Shown: positions 40,000 to 51,010, counted from the stretch's first letter. The stretch: DNA of 64,000 nt from an uncultured Desulfarculus sp. (GCA_963665125.2 CAXXUK010000001.1:992001-1056000); one strand, 5' to 3'. A program made the numbers and translations. The notes: generated from the sequence alone by a model not told the origin.

Positions 40000-40842
40000 A
40001 TGATGTCACGCAAAGCCCTTGCCCCGTTGCTGTTGATCGTCGCCCTTGTATTGGCGGTTGGCGTCGCAATTGGGGCCAAGAAGTACATCGCGGCCAAGGC
40101 CGACGAAGCCGCAGCCAAGAAAATCCAGACCGGACCCGTGGTTGTGGCCGTGCATGACATGCCCGCCGGTTCGGAGTTGAAGTCCTCCGATCTGGCGGTG
40201 TTGGAATGGCCTTACAAGAACAGGCCTCCGGGCCATTTCCCCTCGGTTAAAAGCCTTTTGGGCCGCGTCTTGCACAAGCCGGTGGTAAAGGCCGAGCCGA
40301 TTCTGGAGGCCAAGCTCGCGCCCAAGGGCATGGCCGCCGGTATGGCCGCAGCGGTGCGCAGCGGTATGAGGGCCGTGAGCATCAGCGCCAGCGAGGTGAT
40401 CGGCGTGGCCGGATACCTCAAGCCCGGCGACAAGGTCGACGTCATCGCCGCAGTCAAGGGCACCACCAACAGCAAGGACCCCACGGCCAAAGTGGTCTTG
40501 CAAAACGTGGAAGTCCTGTCCGTGGAGCGCAACAAGGAAAGCAGCGACAAGAAGGGCAAGGGCCGCGTAAAGGGCCAGATGGTCACGGTGTTGATCAATC
40601 CTTCAGATGTGGAAAAGCTTGCCCTGGCCACCACCGAGGGCGAGATACTGATGGCCCTGCGCAACCGTGCCGACCAGTCCATCGCCGTTACCCCGGGCGT
40701 CCGGATGACCTCGCTTTTCTCCAGCCCGACTCCGGTCGCGGTAAAGGTCGCCAAGCAAGTCAGCAAGCCCAAGCCGCCTCCGGCGCCGGTGGTCGAGGTG
40801 ATCAAGGGCGTGGCTCGCTCCAGGCAGGAGTTGAAGCTATGA
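40000..40842 (+). CDS. cpaB: Flp pilus assembly protein CpaB/RcpC
   Basis: SAF domain VVVAVHDMPAG; GMRAVSI, GVAGYLKPGDKVDV, LQNVEVL, LALRN-like. Confidence 0.92.
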   Translation: MMSRKALAPLLLIVALVLAVGVAIGAKKYIAAKADEAAAKKIQTGPVVVAVHDMPAGSELKSSDLAVLEWPYKNRPPGHFPSVKSLLGRVLHKPVVKAEPILEAKLAPKGMAAGMAAAVRSGMRAVSISASEVIGVAGYLKPGDKVDVIAAVKGTTNSKDPTAKVVLQNVEVLSVERNKESSDKKGKGRVKGQMVTVLINPSDVEKLALATTEGEILMALRNRADQSIAVTPGVRMTSLFSSPTPVAVKVAKQVSKPKPPPAPVVEVIKGVARSRQELKL

Positions 40843-42230
40843 AAAAGACAAGAATCATAATCATATCCGTCTTGGCAATGCTGCTTGCGGCGGGCGCTGC
40901 CCTGGCGGAGATGCAGATGTACACGCTGGATATGCAGGCCGGTCAGTCAAAGCTCCTGGACCTGCGAAAGAGCGTAAAACGGATCAGCGTGGCTGATGAA
41001 AAAATCGCCGATGTGCTGGTGATCAGCCCTCGCCAGATCTATGTGAACGGCAAGGCCGCCGGCAACACCAACATCACCGTCTGGGGCTCGGGGAGCGATG
41101 TAATCGCAACCTATTACGTCAAGGTTCGCCGTGACCTGACTAGGCTCAAGGCCGCCTATTCCAGGATATTCCCTGGTGAGGCCATCAAGGTCTACGAGCT
41201 TGAAGGCGCGGTGGTCATCGCCGGAACCGTCTCCAGCGAAGCCAACAAGACCAGGGCCGAGGAAGTGGCCAAGATATATGAAAAGGAACGGGTCACCAGC
41301 CTCCTGGAGGTGGAAAACCAGAAGCAGGTGCTGTTGAAGCTGCGCTTCGCCGAGGTCAACCGCCAGGCGGCCAAGCGCTTTAACATCAACCTGGGTTATT
41401 GGGATTGGGCCAACCCCGGCAACATCTTCTTTACGTTCCTGGACGGCTTGACCGGCCCGCCGGAAATAGACTATGCCAACCGGTCGATTGAATACGATTT
41501 TTCAAACAAGCTGGGCGCCTGGGCCGGTACAGGTCACGGCACCCAACGTTTCATGGCCTTTTTGGATATTTTAAAGCAAAACGGCTTGGCCAAGATTCTG
41601 GCCGAGCCCAACCTGGTCTGCGTCTCCGGCCAAAAGGCCAACTTCCTGGCCGGCGGCGAGTTCCCGATTCCGGTGCCCGGCAAGGACTACACGGCCATTG
41701 TTTTCAAGAAGTATGGCGTTCAGTTGACCTTTACCCCCAAGGTCCTTTCCAACGGCAAGATCAATCTGCAGGTCGAGCCCGAGGTTAGCGAACTGGACTA
41801 TACGCCGGGCGTGGTCACCGATGGTTTTGCCGTCCCCGGTCTGACGACCCGCAAGGCCTCCACCCAGCTTGAACTCACGGACGGACAGGGATTTGTAATC
41901 GCCGGCCTGCTCAAGCAGGATGTATCGCGCACCATATCAAAGTGGCCGCTGTTGGGCGATTTGCCCATCATCGGCGCTTTGTTCCGCAGCACGGCGTTTC
42001 AAAACCGGGAAACCGAGTTGCTGATCGTGGTCACTCCGATGATCGTGCGGCCCGGAATGCAACAACCGACCCAGCTCATCAAGCAAAAAGACTTTGAAGA
42101 GCCAGACGACGTTGATTTCTATGTCTGGGGCAAGACCGGACTGGAAGATGACGTGCCCGCATACCGCCGTAAGAGCGAAGACCGGCTCATGGAGATGGAA
42201 GGGAAATTCGGCCATGAGGTTGTTTACTAA
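40839..42230 (+). CDS. cpaC: Tad secretin CpaC/RcpA
   Basis: QVLLKLRFAEV, LAEPNL, FLAGGEFPIP, LGDLPIIGALFRS, ETELLIVVTP. Confidence 0.93.
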   Translation: MKKTRIIIISVLAMLLAAGAALAEMQMYTLDMQAGQSKLLDLRKSVKRISVADEKIADVLVISPRQIYVNGKAAGNTNITVWGSGSDVIATYYVKVRRDLTRLKAAYSRIFPGEAIKVYELEGAVVIAGTVSSEANKTRAEEVAKIYEKERVTSLLEVENQKQVLLKLRFAEVNRQAAKRFNINLGYWDWANPGNIFFTFLDGLTGPPEIDYANRSIEYDFSNKLGAWAGTGHGTQRFMAFLDILKQNGLAKILAEPNLVCVSGQKANFLAGGEFPIPVPGKDYTAIVFKKYGVQLTFTPKVLSNGKINLQVEPEVSELDYTPGVVTDGFAVPGLTTRKASTQLELTDGQGFVIAGLLKQDVSRTISKWPLLGDLPIIGALFRSTAFQNRETELLIVVTPMIVRPGMQQPTQLIKQKDFEEPDDVDFYVWGKTGLEDDVPAYRRKSEDRLMEMEGKFGHEVVY

Positions 42231-43236
42231 GCTGCAAAAACTGTGGCGGACCGAGCGTGGCGCCGTGGCCGTAATAACGGCCGTGGCCCTCACCGGCCTG
42301 GTGGCGCTCACGGGCGCGGCGGTTGATTTGGGCGTGGTCTATTCGGCCCGCAGCGAACTGCAAAACGCCACCGACGCCGCGGCCATGGCAGGCGCCGCCG
42401 AGTTGGTCTCCGACACCAATGGTGACCAGATAGTGGAAACCAACTATTCGGGGGCAAGGGATTCAGCCATTGGGTTTGTCGAATCCAATACGATGGTCAC
42501 CGAAGGCCTGGTCTGGAACGAGGAAATCGATCTGTATGAGGCAGGCCTGTGGGATTTTGACCTGGATGACTTCTCCAAGTTGGGCGACAGCGCCGACCCC
42601 GACGACCTCAACGCGGTGCGGGTGAGCATGCAACGGCCCGTGAACATGCTTTTCGCCAAGGTCGTTGGTCTTGATCAGGTCCAGGTGGGCGTTTCATCCA
42701 CGGCTTTTTTGGGTTGCGCCGGCAGCGGCGGCAAGGCCGATCTGCCCATCGCCATCAATGATGACGTGCTTGATTCGCTGGGCCCCAATGACGACATCGT
42801 ACTCAACAGCGAGAACGAGGAAAACGGCCAGTGGACCTCGTTTTTCACCTGGCCCACCAACAAGAACACCATCGATTATTACATGGATAATCCGGACGAG
42901 ATTCCCCAACTCAATGTTGGTGATGAGATTGCCATGAACAACGGCGAAATCACGCCGCTGTTCGGTTCGCTGGAAGCTCTGTTCGAGGAAAACAAGGGTC
43001 CCGATGGAACATGGCACGTCATGTTGCCGGTGGTGGATTGGGAGCCGCCGCAAAATGAAGGAACGGTGGTTGGTTTCGTCAGCTTCGTGATTACCGAGGT
43101 CGTGGGGCCGGGAGGGCCCGACAGCAAGAAGATCGTGGGCTATTGGGACAATGATCATCAGCTTGAGGCGCCCGGCGCGGTGGGCAACGGCGCCTGCTAC
43201 GGCGTGCGCGCCGGACGGGCAACCCTGATCCGCTAG
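42214..43236 (+). CDS. tadG: TadG-like pilus tip/anchor protein
   Basis: RG|AVAVITAV, AVDLG, ELQNATDAAAMAGA. Confidence 0.85.
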   Translation: MRLFTKLQKLWRTERGAVAVITAVALTGLVALTGAAVDLGVVYSARSELQNATDAAAMAGAAELVSDTNGDQIVETNYSGARDSAIGFVESNTMVTEGLVWNEEIDLYEAGLWDFDLDDFSKLGDSADPDDLNAVRVSMQRPVNMLFAKVVGLDQVQVGVSSTAFLGCAGSGGKADLPIAINDDVLDSLGPNDDIVLNSENEENGQWTSFFTWPTNKNTIDYYMDNPDEIPQLNVGDEIAMNNGEITPLFGSLEALFEENKGPDGTWHVMLPVVDWEPPQNEGTVVGFVSFVITEVVGPGGPDSKKIVGYWDNDHQLEAPGAVGNGACYGVRAGRATLIR

Positions 43237-43248
43237 GAGGTATTTACG

Positions 43249-44394
43249 GTGGAAAACGTTCCATCCAAAGTTTTGGCCCTGCATTTTTCCAAGAAGGCGG
43301 GGCGGGTCATAGAAGGCCTGGTTGCCGATTCACCGTTCGTGGATATGCTCGGAAACGAAAGCTCTCTGGCGGATTTCGAGCAGACCGCCATATCAAAACG
43401 CCCGGAAATAATAATCATTGAGCATGAAAAAGAGTCCGGCAATTTTTCCGACGTGGTCAAGCAGCTGCGTGTGCGCCATCCCCTTTGTTCGGTCATCGCC
43501 ATTGCCCAGGAAAAAGACCCTGACGGCATCATTGAGGCCATGCGTGTCGGCGTCAACGAATACCTGATAAACGACCAGTCCATAGGCGACACCTTCAGGG
43601 AAGCCCTGTTGCGGCTGCGTTCGGACAAGATCACCGAAGGCGACGACCTGGGCGGCAGAATCATCGGCGTCATGGGCGCCAAGGGCGGAGTTGGGGTCAG
43701 CCACCTGGCCATAAACATCGCCTGGGCCATGAGCCAAACCGAAGGCATGCGCGTGGCCCTGGTGGACCTGGACCTTTTCGGCGGCAATCAGGCGTTCATG
43801 CTCGATCAGGAACCGTCACGGGACTGGAGCGATGTGGTTGCCGAGACCGAGGAGATTACGCCTTCGCGCATGGAGCGCTTTTTGGAGGAAATCGCTCCGG
43901 GCCTGCGTCTTCTGGCTGCCCCGGAAGATCCCTCCGATGCCGAAGTCGTCGGCGCGGATCATGTGATAACGGTTTTGTCGGCCCTGGCCCGAAACCATTC
44001 CATTGTCATAGTGGATCTGGGCGACGGCCTGGAAGAGACGACCCTGGCGGCCATGGACCTGGCCGAGCGGGTGCTGCTGGTGGTGGAGCCTTCCCTGGTT
44101 GGCCTCAAGAGCGCGGTGCGCATCTGTTCGCTGGGCCGCAGATTGGGCCACGGCGAAAACAAGGTCAGGCCGGTGATAAACCGTTCCAATGCCAAACGTT
44201 CCATTGCCTTCCGAGATGTGGAATCCGTGCTGGGACGAAAGGTCTTGGCCTGGCTTCCCAACGATCACAACACGATAGTTGAATCTAGCAATATGGGCCA
44301 ACCGGCCCTGCGGCTGCGGCCAAAGGCAAAGTGGAGCAAGTCCGTGGCCGACTTGGCAAAAAAGGTTATCAGCCTCAACGGAGACGGTAAGTGA
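43249..44394 (+). CDS. cpaE: CpaE/TadZ (degenerate REC plus MinD-like ATPase)
   Basis: AMRVGVNEYL, GAKGGVGVS, VDLDL. Confidence 0.88.
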   Translation: MENVPSKVLALHFSKKAGRVIEGLVADSPFVDMLGNESSLADFEQTAISKRPEIIIIEHEKESGNFSDVVKQLRVRHPLCSVIAIAQEKDPDGIIEAMRVGVNEYLINDQSIGDTFREALLRLRSDKITEGDDLGGRIIGVMGAKGGVGVSHLAINIAWAMSQTEGMRVALVDLDLFGGNQAFMLDQEPSRDWSDVVAETEEITPSRMERFLEEIAPGLRLLAAPEDPSDAEVVGADHVITVLSALARNHSIVIVDLGDGLEETTLAAMDLAERVLLVVEPSLVGLKSAVRICSLGRRLGHGENKVRPVINRSNAKRSIAFRDVESVLGRKVLAWLPNDHNTIVESSNMGQPALRLRPKAKWSKSVADLAKKVISLNGDGK

Positions 44395-45758
44395 GTTTAC
44401 GGCAGAGGCTTGGCAAGGCGCCCGCCGGGGATGTGAATACGCCCACGACCCCGGAAGACGATGAACGTCAGGCCGCATATCAGCAGCTTAAGGGACGGAT
44501 GCACTACAAGGTCATCGACAAGGTCGACCTGGCCCAGTTGTCGCAGAACCTTGACGCATCGGTCGACAAGGACCTGGAAACGGCCATCGCCCAGGTCTTG
44601 GATGCCGAGGACACCCAGCTGGGCCCGGAAGAACGCCAGCGCCTGATCCTGGAAATCAAGGATGAAGTGCTGGGCCTGGGGCCCCTGGAGCCGCTGCTCG
44701 CCGACGAGAGCATCACCGAGATCATGTGCAACCGCTACAACATGATCTATGTGGAACGCGGCGGCCGCCTGACCAAGGTGCCGGTCCGTTTCCGGGATGA
44801 CGCCCATCTGCTCAAGATCATCGACAAGATCGCCACCAGCGTGGGCAGGCGCATCGACGAATCTTCTCCCATGGTCGACGCCCGCCTGGCCGACGGCAGC
44901 CGCGTCAACGCCATCATTCCGCCCCTGGCCCTGGACGGACCTTCGCTGACCATTCGTAAATTCGCCAAGGACCCGCTCAAGGTTACTGACCTGATTCGTT
45001 TCGGCAGTTTTTCGCCGGAGTTGGCAAGGGTCATGGAGGGCGTGGTCCTGGCACGGCTAAACGTAATCATCAGCGGTGGTACCGGCTCGGGCAAGACCAC
45101 TTTGTTGAATGTGTTTTCATCGTTCATCCCCCACGACGAGCGCATCGTCACGATTGAGGACTCCGCAGAGTTGCAGCTTCAGCAGGATCACGTGGTGCGA
45201 CTGGAGACCCGGCCGGCCAACATCGAAGGTTCCGGCGAAGTGGCCATGCGCGACCTGGTCAAGAACAGCCTGCGTATGCGCCCGGACCGCATCGTCGTCG
45301 GCGAGTGCCGCGGCGGCGAAGCCCTGGACATGATGCAGGCCATGAGCACCGGTCACGACGGGAGTCTTACGACCGTCCACGCCAACAATCCCCGTGACTG
45401 CATCAGCCGTCTGGAGACACTGGTATCCATGGGCGGTTTGGATATCAGCGAAAAGGCCATCAGGCGGCAGATATCCAGCGCTGTCGACGTCATCGTGCAG
45501 GTCGCCCGCCTTTCCGACGGTTCCAGAAAGGTGACGAGCTTCTCCGAGGTTACCGGCATGGAAGGCGATATGGTGACCATGCAGGAGATTTTCAAGTTCA
45601 CCCAGACCGGCGTGGACGACCGCGGCAAGGTCCTGGGCGAATTCGGTCCCACGGGCATCAGACCCTCGTTCAGCCAGAAACTCAAGGCCCACGGCTTTGA
45701 CCTGGACAGCAATTTGTTTGGCGGGCCGGACCGCAGAATCGGGATGGGCTCTTTATGA
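44391..45758 (+). CDS. cpaF: Tad pilus assembly ATPase CpaF/TadA
   Basis: [46 protein letters not shown]. Confidence 0.96.
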   Translation: MSLRQRLGKAPAGDVNTPTTPEDDERQAAYQQLKGRMHYKVIDKVDLAQLSQNLDASVDKDLETAIAQVLDAEDTQLGPEERQRLILEIKDEVLGLGPLEPLLADESITEIMCNRYNMIYVERGGRLTKVPVRFRDDAHLLKIIDKIATSVGRRIDESSPMVDARLADGSRVNAIIPPLALDGPSLTIRKFAKDPLKVTDLIRFGSFSPELARVMEGVVLARLNVIISGGTGSGKTTLLNVFSSFIPHDERIVTIEDSAELQLQQDHVVRLETRPANIEGSGEVAMRDLVKNSLRMRPDRIVVGECRGGEALDMMQAMSTGHDGSLTTVHANNPRDCISRLETLVSMGGLDISEKAIRRQISSAVDVIVQVARLSDGSRKVTSFSEVTGMEGDMVTMQEIFKFTQTGVDDRGKVLGEFGPTGIRPSFSQKLKAHGFDLDSNLFGGPDRRIGMGSL

Positions 45759-46723
45759 TCTGGGTGTTGGCCATACTGGTGTTTTTCAGCGTTGCTCTGG
45801 TGGCGGTGTCCATCCGTCTGTTTATGAGCCCTGCCGAGGAAAACGCCCGTACCGCCACCAAACGCCGCTATGTGCAGCTAAAGCACGACGCTGTGCCGGC
45901 CGAAACCCATCTCGAGGCCATTCTCAGGGTCACAACCTATTCCGAGATCGGGTTCCTGGACCGGTTTTTGTCCGGCACCAGCCAGATTGCCAACCTTCAG
46001 GACCTGTTGGACAAGGCAGGCAACCCCATAAACCTGGGCACGCTGCTTTTGCTGTCCGCCACCCTGGCCATGGTCGGGGCTCTGGTGGGCGCGGTCATGG
46101 GATTGGGCTGGGCCACCTTGATTCCGTTTTTCCTTCTCGGCGCCTTGCCTTACATGGCGGTCTCCAAGATCAAGCAAAAGAGGCTCGATGTTTTCGAGTC
46201 CCAGTTCCCCGAAGCGGTTGAACTGGTGGCCAGGGCCCTGCGGGCCGGTCACGGCTTCAGTTCGGGCCTGCGCATGGTAGGCGAGGAGATGTCCGAGCCG
46301 GTGGCCAGTGAATTCGTCAAGACCTTTGAAGATTATTCTTTCGGCAAGACCATGGAAGAGGCCCTGCATGGGCTGGTGCAGCGGGTCGAGTTGGAAGACG
46401 TCAAGTTCTTCGCCAGCGCGGTCAGCCTTCAGCGTGAAACGGGCGGCAATCTCACCGAAATCCTGGACAACATCAGCTACATCATTCGCGAGAGATTCAG
46501 GCTTCAGCGCACAGTCAAGGCTCTGTCGGCCGAGGGCCGTCTTTCCGGCTGGATTCTTTCCTTGATGCCTCCTGCTCTGCTTCTGATGCTCTGGTGGGTC
46601 TCGCCGGACTACATCAACATGGCCATGAACCACCCCATCGGCCAAACCATGCTGGTTATCGGCGCGGCTTTCGAGGTCCTGGGCATTGTGGTTATCAAGC
46701 AGATCATTAAGATGAAGGTCTAA
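45755..46723 (+). CDS. tadB: TadB inner-membrane platform protein
   Basis: QFPEAVELVARALRAGH, RETGGNLTEIL, SAEGRLS. Confidence 0.92.
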   Translation: MIWVLAILVFFSVALVAVSIRLFMSPAEENARTATKRRYVQLKHDAVPAETHLEAILRVTTYSEIGFLDRFLSGTSQIANLQDLLDKAGNPINLGTLLLLSATLAMVGALVGAVMGLGWATLIPFFLLGALPYMAVSKIKQKRLDVFESQFPEAVELVARALRAGHGFSSGLRMVGEEMSEPVASEFVKTFEDYSFGKTMEEALHGLVQRVELEDVKFFASAVSLQRETGGNLTEILDNISYIIRERFRLQRTVKALSAEGRLSGWILSLMPPALLLMLWWVSPDYINMAMNHPIGQTMLVIGAAFEVLGIVVIKQIIKMKV

Positions 46724-46726
46724 ATC

Positions 46727-47662
46727 ATGGATATGTTGACGCTAATCATAATCGGTCTGGCCATATCCGCCGCCATGGTCGTGATCCTCCTGGCCATGGC
46801 CCTTTACCAGTTGACCAAGGGCGCCGACGCCGATGAACGCAGGTTGCAGGGCCTGCGCATGAGCGGGAAAAAGGCCGACAAGAAAAAGAGCGGCGTCAAG
46901 CGCATCAAGCAGCGACTGGTGGAAATCGCCAAGATCGCCGCGCCCAAATCGGACAAGGCCCAAGCCTGGGAAAAGAGCAAGCTGCGCGACGAACTGGTGA
47001 CCGCCGGGTTCCGTTCGGTTGATGCACTCAACATATTTATAGGCATCCGCATAGCCGCTTTGATCCTTCTGCCGGCCATTACCTTTGCCGTGGGTATATT
47101 CAACAACACCCGTCAGCCGGCCCTGTTGATTTCAACAATGGTCGCCGCCGCCGCGGGTTACATCCTGCCGGGCTACATCCTGGAAAAGAAGGCGGCTGCC
47201 CGGGCAGCCAGGATTGCCTCACAGATGCCGCAGATGCTGGACCTGTTGGTTATCGCCGTTGAGTCCGGCCTTGGCCTGGACGCGGCCGTGCAGCGTGTCA
47301 GCAAGGACATCGTCCAGTCCAGTCCTCTTCTGGCCCAGGAACTGGCTATCTTTTCGTTGGAATTGAAACTGGGCGCCAGCAGGGCGGACGCCCTGCGCAA
47401 CCTGGCCAAGCGTTGCGGCGTGGATGAAATGGGCTCCTTGGTGGCCATGTTGATCCAAGCGGACAGGTTCGGCGTCAGCGTCGGCCGTTCCATAAGGGTT
47501 TTCTCCGATGAAATGCGCACCAAGCGTCGCCAGCAAATGGAAGAAAAAGCGGCCAAGATACCCTTGAAGCTGCTGTTTCCCGTCTTGTTCATGATTTTTC
47601 CGGCCATCATGGCGGTCATGGCCGGACCGGCGTTAATCAATATCATGGAGAACATGTTTTGA
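46727..47662 (+). CDS. tadC: TadC inner-membrane platform protein
   Basis: LDLLVIAVESGLGLDAA, EEKAAKIPLKLLFP. Confidence 0.92.
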   Translation: MDMLTLIIIGLAISAAMVVILLAMALYQLTKGADADERRLQGLRMSGKKADKKKSGVKRIKQRLVEIAKIAAPKSDKAQAWEKSKLRDELVTAGFRSVDALNIFIGIRIAALILLPAITFAVGIFNNTRQPALLISTMVAAAAGYILPGYILEKKAAARAARIASQMPQMLDLLVIAVESGLGLDAAVQRVSKDIVQSSPLLAQELAIFSLELKLGASRADALRNLAKRCGVDEMGSLVAMLIQADRFGVSVGRSIRVFSDEMRTKRRQQMEEKAAKIPLKLLFPVLFMIFPAIMAVMAGPALINIMENMF

Positions 47663-48582
47663 TAAGTTCTGGCTACATGGAGAAGTCAGGGGCGTCGGAG
47701 CAGACGCCGGAGGAATTCCTGACCGGTTGTCTGGGGTGTGCCCTAGACGATCTGCCCACTTTGCCCGATGTCGCCATGCGCATCATGCACCTGACGGCAT
47801 CCGATGAACATACCGCAAAGGAACTGGCCCATGAGATCGGCCAGGACCCTTCGTTGGCCTCAAGGGTTCTGAGGGCGGCAAATTCACCTTTTTTTGGCTA
47901 TTTGGCCAAGGTGGAAGACCTCAACAGGGCTGTTGTGCTGATGGGTTTCGACGAAGTCCGCAACATAGCCATGGGCATTGCCGCCTTTGAAAGCGTCCGC
48001 ACTAAAAGGGCGCTGCGTAGGCGCATGCAGCGCAACAATCTTTGGGCCCATTCTCAGCACGTCGGCATATTGGCCGAATTGCTGGGCAAACACGTGCTAG
48101 GGCTGGGCAACGGCTACTATGTCTCGGGCCTGCTCCACGATATCGGCAAGGTAGCCCTGGACGCCCACCGCCCCGAGGAATTCGACAGGGTCTTGGATGT
48201 GGTTGCCAGGGGCCGTGTGGACTGGATGACGGCCGAACGCGAAATCATGGGCATTGATCACGGCCTGGTCGGGGGGGCGCTGTTGGAGTATTGGAATTTT
48301 CCTGCCAACTTGGTTGCCGCCGCCGCTGGGCACCACGAGCCGTGGAACATGGGCGACAAGGCGCGCAGCGCCGGTTTGGTATTTATTGCCGACATCCTGG
48401 CCCAATTGGATAAATTCAACGTGGGTGGAGCGCCAAAGAGCCTGCCCAAAAGGCTGCCCCTGGGCGGGCCCGTGAATGAGTTTTTAACCAACATGGGTTG
48501 GTCCATCAACGATCAAGTGTTGGAACATCTCGGCGATTTGCTGCGGGAGAACAGCGGCGGATTCGAGCCGGTCAATATTTAA
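47659..48582 (+). CDS. HDOD-domain protein
   Basis: DLPTLP, QDPSLASRVLRAANS, LWAHS, GLLHDIGK, EREIMGIDH, WNFP, HH. Confidence 0.9.
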   Translation: MISSGYMEKSGASEQTPEEFLTGCLGCALDDLPTLPDVAMRIMHLTASDEHTAKELAHEIGQDPSLASRVLRAANSPFFGYLAKVEDLNRAVVLMGFDEVRNIAMGIAAFESVRTKRALRRRMQRNNLWAHSQHVGILAELLGKHVLGLGNGYYVSGLLHDIGKVALDAHRPEEFDRVLDVVARGRVDWMTAEREIMGIDHGLVGGALLEYWNFPANLVAAAAGHHEPWNMGDKARSAGLVFIADILAQLDKFNVGGAPKSLPKRLPLGGPVNEFLTNMGWSINDQVLEHLGDLLRENSGGFEPVNI

Positions 48583-48606
48583 TTCCTCCTGGAAAGGAGG
48601 CCCGGA

Positions 48607-50145
48607 ATGAATGGTGTAAAGAAATTCAATTTGGCGGCTGTGGCGATGTTGGTGTTGCTGGGCCTGGTTGCGGCCGGTTGCGCCAGCACCAAGGAGCCAA
48701 GGCTTCGCGGTTTCAATAACGATGAAGTCGAAACGCTCATGGCTGAACAGCGCGCCCGAATGAATATGGGCGATCCTGTCGTCAAGCCGTTGCAGGACTT
48801 GGGTGCATTGGAACGGCACGGCGATTCGATGGGCATGCGCGGTGAATATGCGGCGGCGTATTTTGAGTACGGTCGGGCCTTCAAAATGGCCAAGGAACAA
48901 GCCGACCAATTGCGCCTCCGCCGCAAGTTGGCCGTAACCAGCCTGCGCGGCGGCAACTTTGTCGAGGCTGAAAAACAGTTTGCCGCGCTGACCAAGATGG
49001 ATTCCGGAGACGGATTCGCTTGGCAGGGGCTCGGCCTTTCGCTGCTGTCCCAGGCGCGGCCCGATGATGCCATGGACGCTCTGGACAAGGCCGTGTCGCT
49101 TGATCCAAAACTGTGGAAGGCCCAAAACGGCAGGGGCATCATCCTGAACCGGCAGGGCAAGTCTGCTCAGGCCTTGACCGCCTTTGAACAGGCGTTGAAA
49201 TACCAGCGTAATTCCGCGGCGCTATACAACAACCAGGGCCTGGCCTACATGATGACCGGCCAGTTGAGCCAAGCCGCGGATTCGTTCCAGAAGGCCTTGA
49301 GGATCAATCCGGGCTATGTTCAGGCTAATAATAATCTTGCCTTGACCTTCTTCAAGCAGGGCAAAACGGAAATGGCTTTGCCTTTGTTCGAGAGAACTCT
49401 GGGCGCGGCCAAGGCCCACAACAACCTCGGTTGCCTGCTGGCTTGGCAAGGCCATTACGAAAAAGCGGCCCAGATGTTCAACTCGGCGGTGGAGATATCT
49501 CCGACCTATTATAAGTTGGCCGCCGACCATTATGAAGAGGTCAGGTACAAGGCCGACACCGCCGTTCCTGTCAAAAAGGGCGAGTTTAGGGGCAATACTT
49601 CGACCATGGCCGCCGTTAAAAGCACCAGCGCTCCTGATCAGCCCAAGGCCGCGACGCCTGAAAAGAAGGTCGCAGTGAAGGTCACGGCCAGCACGCCCAA
49701 GGATGCAAAGGCTGAACTGATCAACCGGGCCGCCGTCGTGCAGAGCATCAACTCCCTGCGGCCCACCGCGCCCAAGGCCAAGACAGTGGTAGCCCAACCG
49801 GCTGCCGAGCCCCCCAGGGACCCGGAGAAAAAGGCCGAAACCAAGGCTCCGGACGCGGAAGCGGAAGGCCATTTCATCCAGGTGGCGTCCATGTCCAGCG
49901 AGGCCCGGGCCCAAAGCTGCGTCAAATCATGGAGCAAGCGCGGGGTCCAGGGCAAGGTGGAGCAGTGGCAGGCCGCCAACGGCAAAACTTGGTACAGGGT
50001 TCTGTTGGGCCCGTTCAACACCAAGGCGGAAGCCGCGGCCAAGGCCGAGAAACTCAAAGGCCAGGGACGAATCAGGGAGTTCTTGTTGGTTGACCGCGGC
50101 ACATTGCCGCAAGACACGCCGACTCGGGCCATGGCCAGCCTATGA
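48607..50145 (+). CDS. tadD: TadD-like TPR lipoprotein with C-terminal SPOR domain
   Basis: Lipobox LVAAGC, multiple TPRs (NNLAL, HNNLG), Pro/Ala/Lys linker, SPOR-like FIQVAS...WYRVLLGPFNTKAEA. Confidence 0.8.
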   Translation: MNGVKKFNLAAVAMLVLLGLVAAGCASTKEPRLRGFNNDEVETLMAEQRARMNMGDPVVKPLQDLGALERHGDSMGMRGEYAAAYFEYGRAFKMAKEQADQLRLRRKLAVTSLRGGNFVEAEKQFAALTKMDSGDGFAWQGLGLSLLSQARPDDAMDALDKAVSLDPKLWKAQNGRGIILNRQGKSAQALTAFEQALKYQRNSAALYNNQGLAYMMTGQLSQAADSFQKALRINPGYVQANNNLALTFFKQGKTEMALPLFERTLGAAKAHNNLGCLLAWQGHYEKAAQMFNSAVEISPTYYKLAADHYEEVRYKADTAVPVKKGEFRGNTSTMAAVKSTSAPDQPKAATPEKKVAVKVTASTPKDAKAELINRAAVVQSINSLRPTAPKAKTVVAQPAAEPPRDPEKKAETKAPDAEAEGHFIQVASMSSEARAQSCVKSWSKRGVQGKVEQWQAANGKTWYRVLLGPFNTKAEAAAKAEKLKGQGRIREFLLVDRGTLPQDTPTRAMASL

Positions 50146-50158
50146 AATAAGAAAAGTG

Positions 50159-50200
50159 TGTTCTTGGGCCGCCCCACAAAGCCGGGACGGCCCAAGAACA
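50159..50200. terminator. Hairpin between convergent tadD and thi4
   Basis: TGTTCTTGGGCCG...CGGCCCAAGAACA. Confidence 0.65.
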
Positions 50201-50204
50201 ATTT

Positions 50205-50984
50205 TTATTCGGCCAAGTGCCTGTCCACATCCAGGGCGGCCTTTTCGCCCGACAGCAACATTCCGCCGAACACCGGGCCCATACGATAGGAACCGAACAC
50301 CGCGTTGGCGCACATGCCAGCCGTATACACCCCGGGGAACGCCTCCTTGGTGTGGTTCAGGGTGTTGCTTTCCGCGATTTCAGCCCACATCGAACGCTCG
50401 CCTTCGACCTTGCCGCTGGGGGTCATCAGTTTGGCGTCGACCTTGCGGGAAATGACGTTGAGCACCTCCGAGTCATGGCCCGTGGCGTCGATGACCCATT
50501 TGCAGCGGATGGTCAGCGGGTCGATGTGCAGTCCGGCCATTTCCACCGGGCTCCAGTTGATGACCAGGCCGGTGACCCGGCTGTCGCGGACCATGACGTC
50601 TTCCACGCTTACCAGGTTGAAAATTTTCAGACCGGCCAGGCAGGCCTTGGAGGTCATGGTGCTGGTGCACATTACGCTGTCGGCCGTGAAGTAGCCCTTT
50701 TCATATTCCTGGGTAGGCACGCCAAGTTCATCCAGTATCCGTTTTGCTTCCTGTTGCACGACGATCTCGTTGAACATCATGCCGCCGCCCCACATGCCGC
50801 CGCCTATGGAAAGCTTGCGCTCGAACATGGCCACCTTGCGCCCGGCCTTGGCCAGCTTGTAGCCGGCCACAATACCCGATGGGCCGCCGCCGACGATGGC
50901 CACGTCGATGTCCAGATGATCCTGGAGCTTCTTGAAATAGGTGTCGACGATCGCTCTGGTGATAACAACTTCATCCAACATCAC
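50205..50984 (-). CDS. thi4: Thi4-type thiazole synthase, His-type (sulfide-dependent)
   Basis: [43 protein letters not shown]. Confidence 0.92.
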   Translation of the reverse strand: MMLDEVVITRAIVDTYFKKLQDHLDIDVAIVGGGPSGIVAGYKLAKAGRKVAMFERKLSIGGGMWGGGMMFNEIVVQQEAKRILDELGVPTQEYEKGYFTADSVMCTSTMTSKACLAGLKIFNLVSVEDVMVRDSRVTGLVINWSPVEMAGLHIDPLTIRCKWVIDATGHDSEVLNVISRKVDAKLMTPSGKVEGERSMWAEIAESNTLNHTKEAFPGVYTAGMCANAVFGSYRMGPVFGGMLLSGEKAALDVDRHLAE

Positions 50985-51010
50985 AATTCACCTTTCCGCC
51001 GGCCCTCGAT

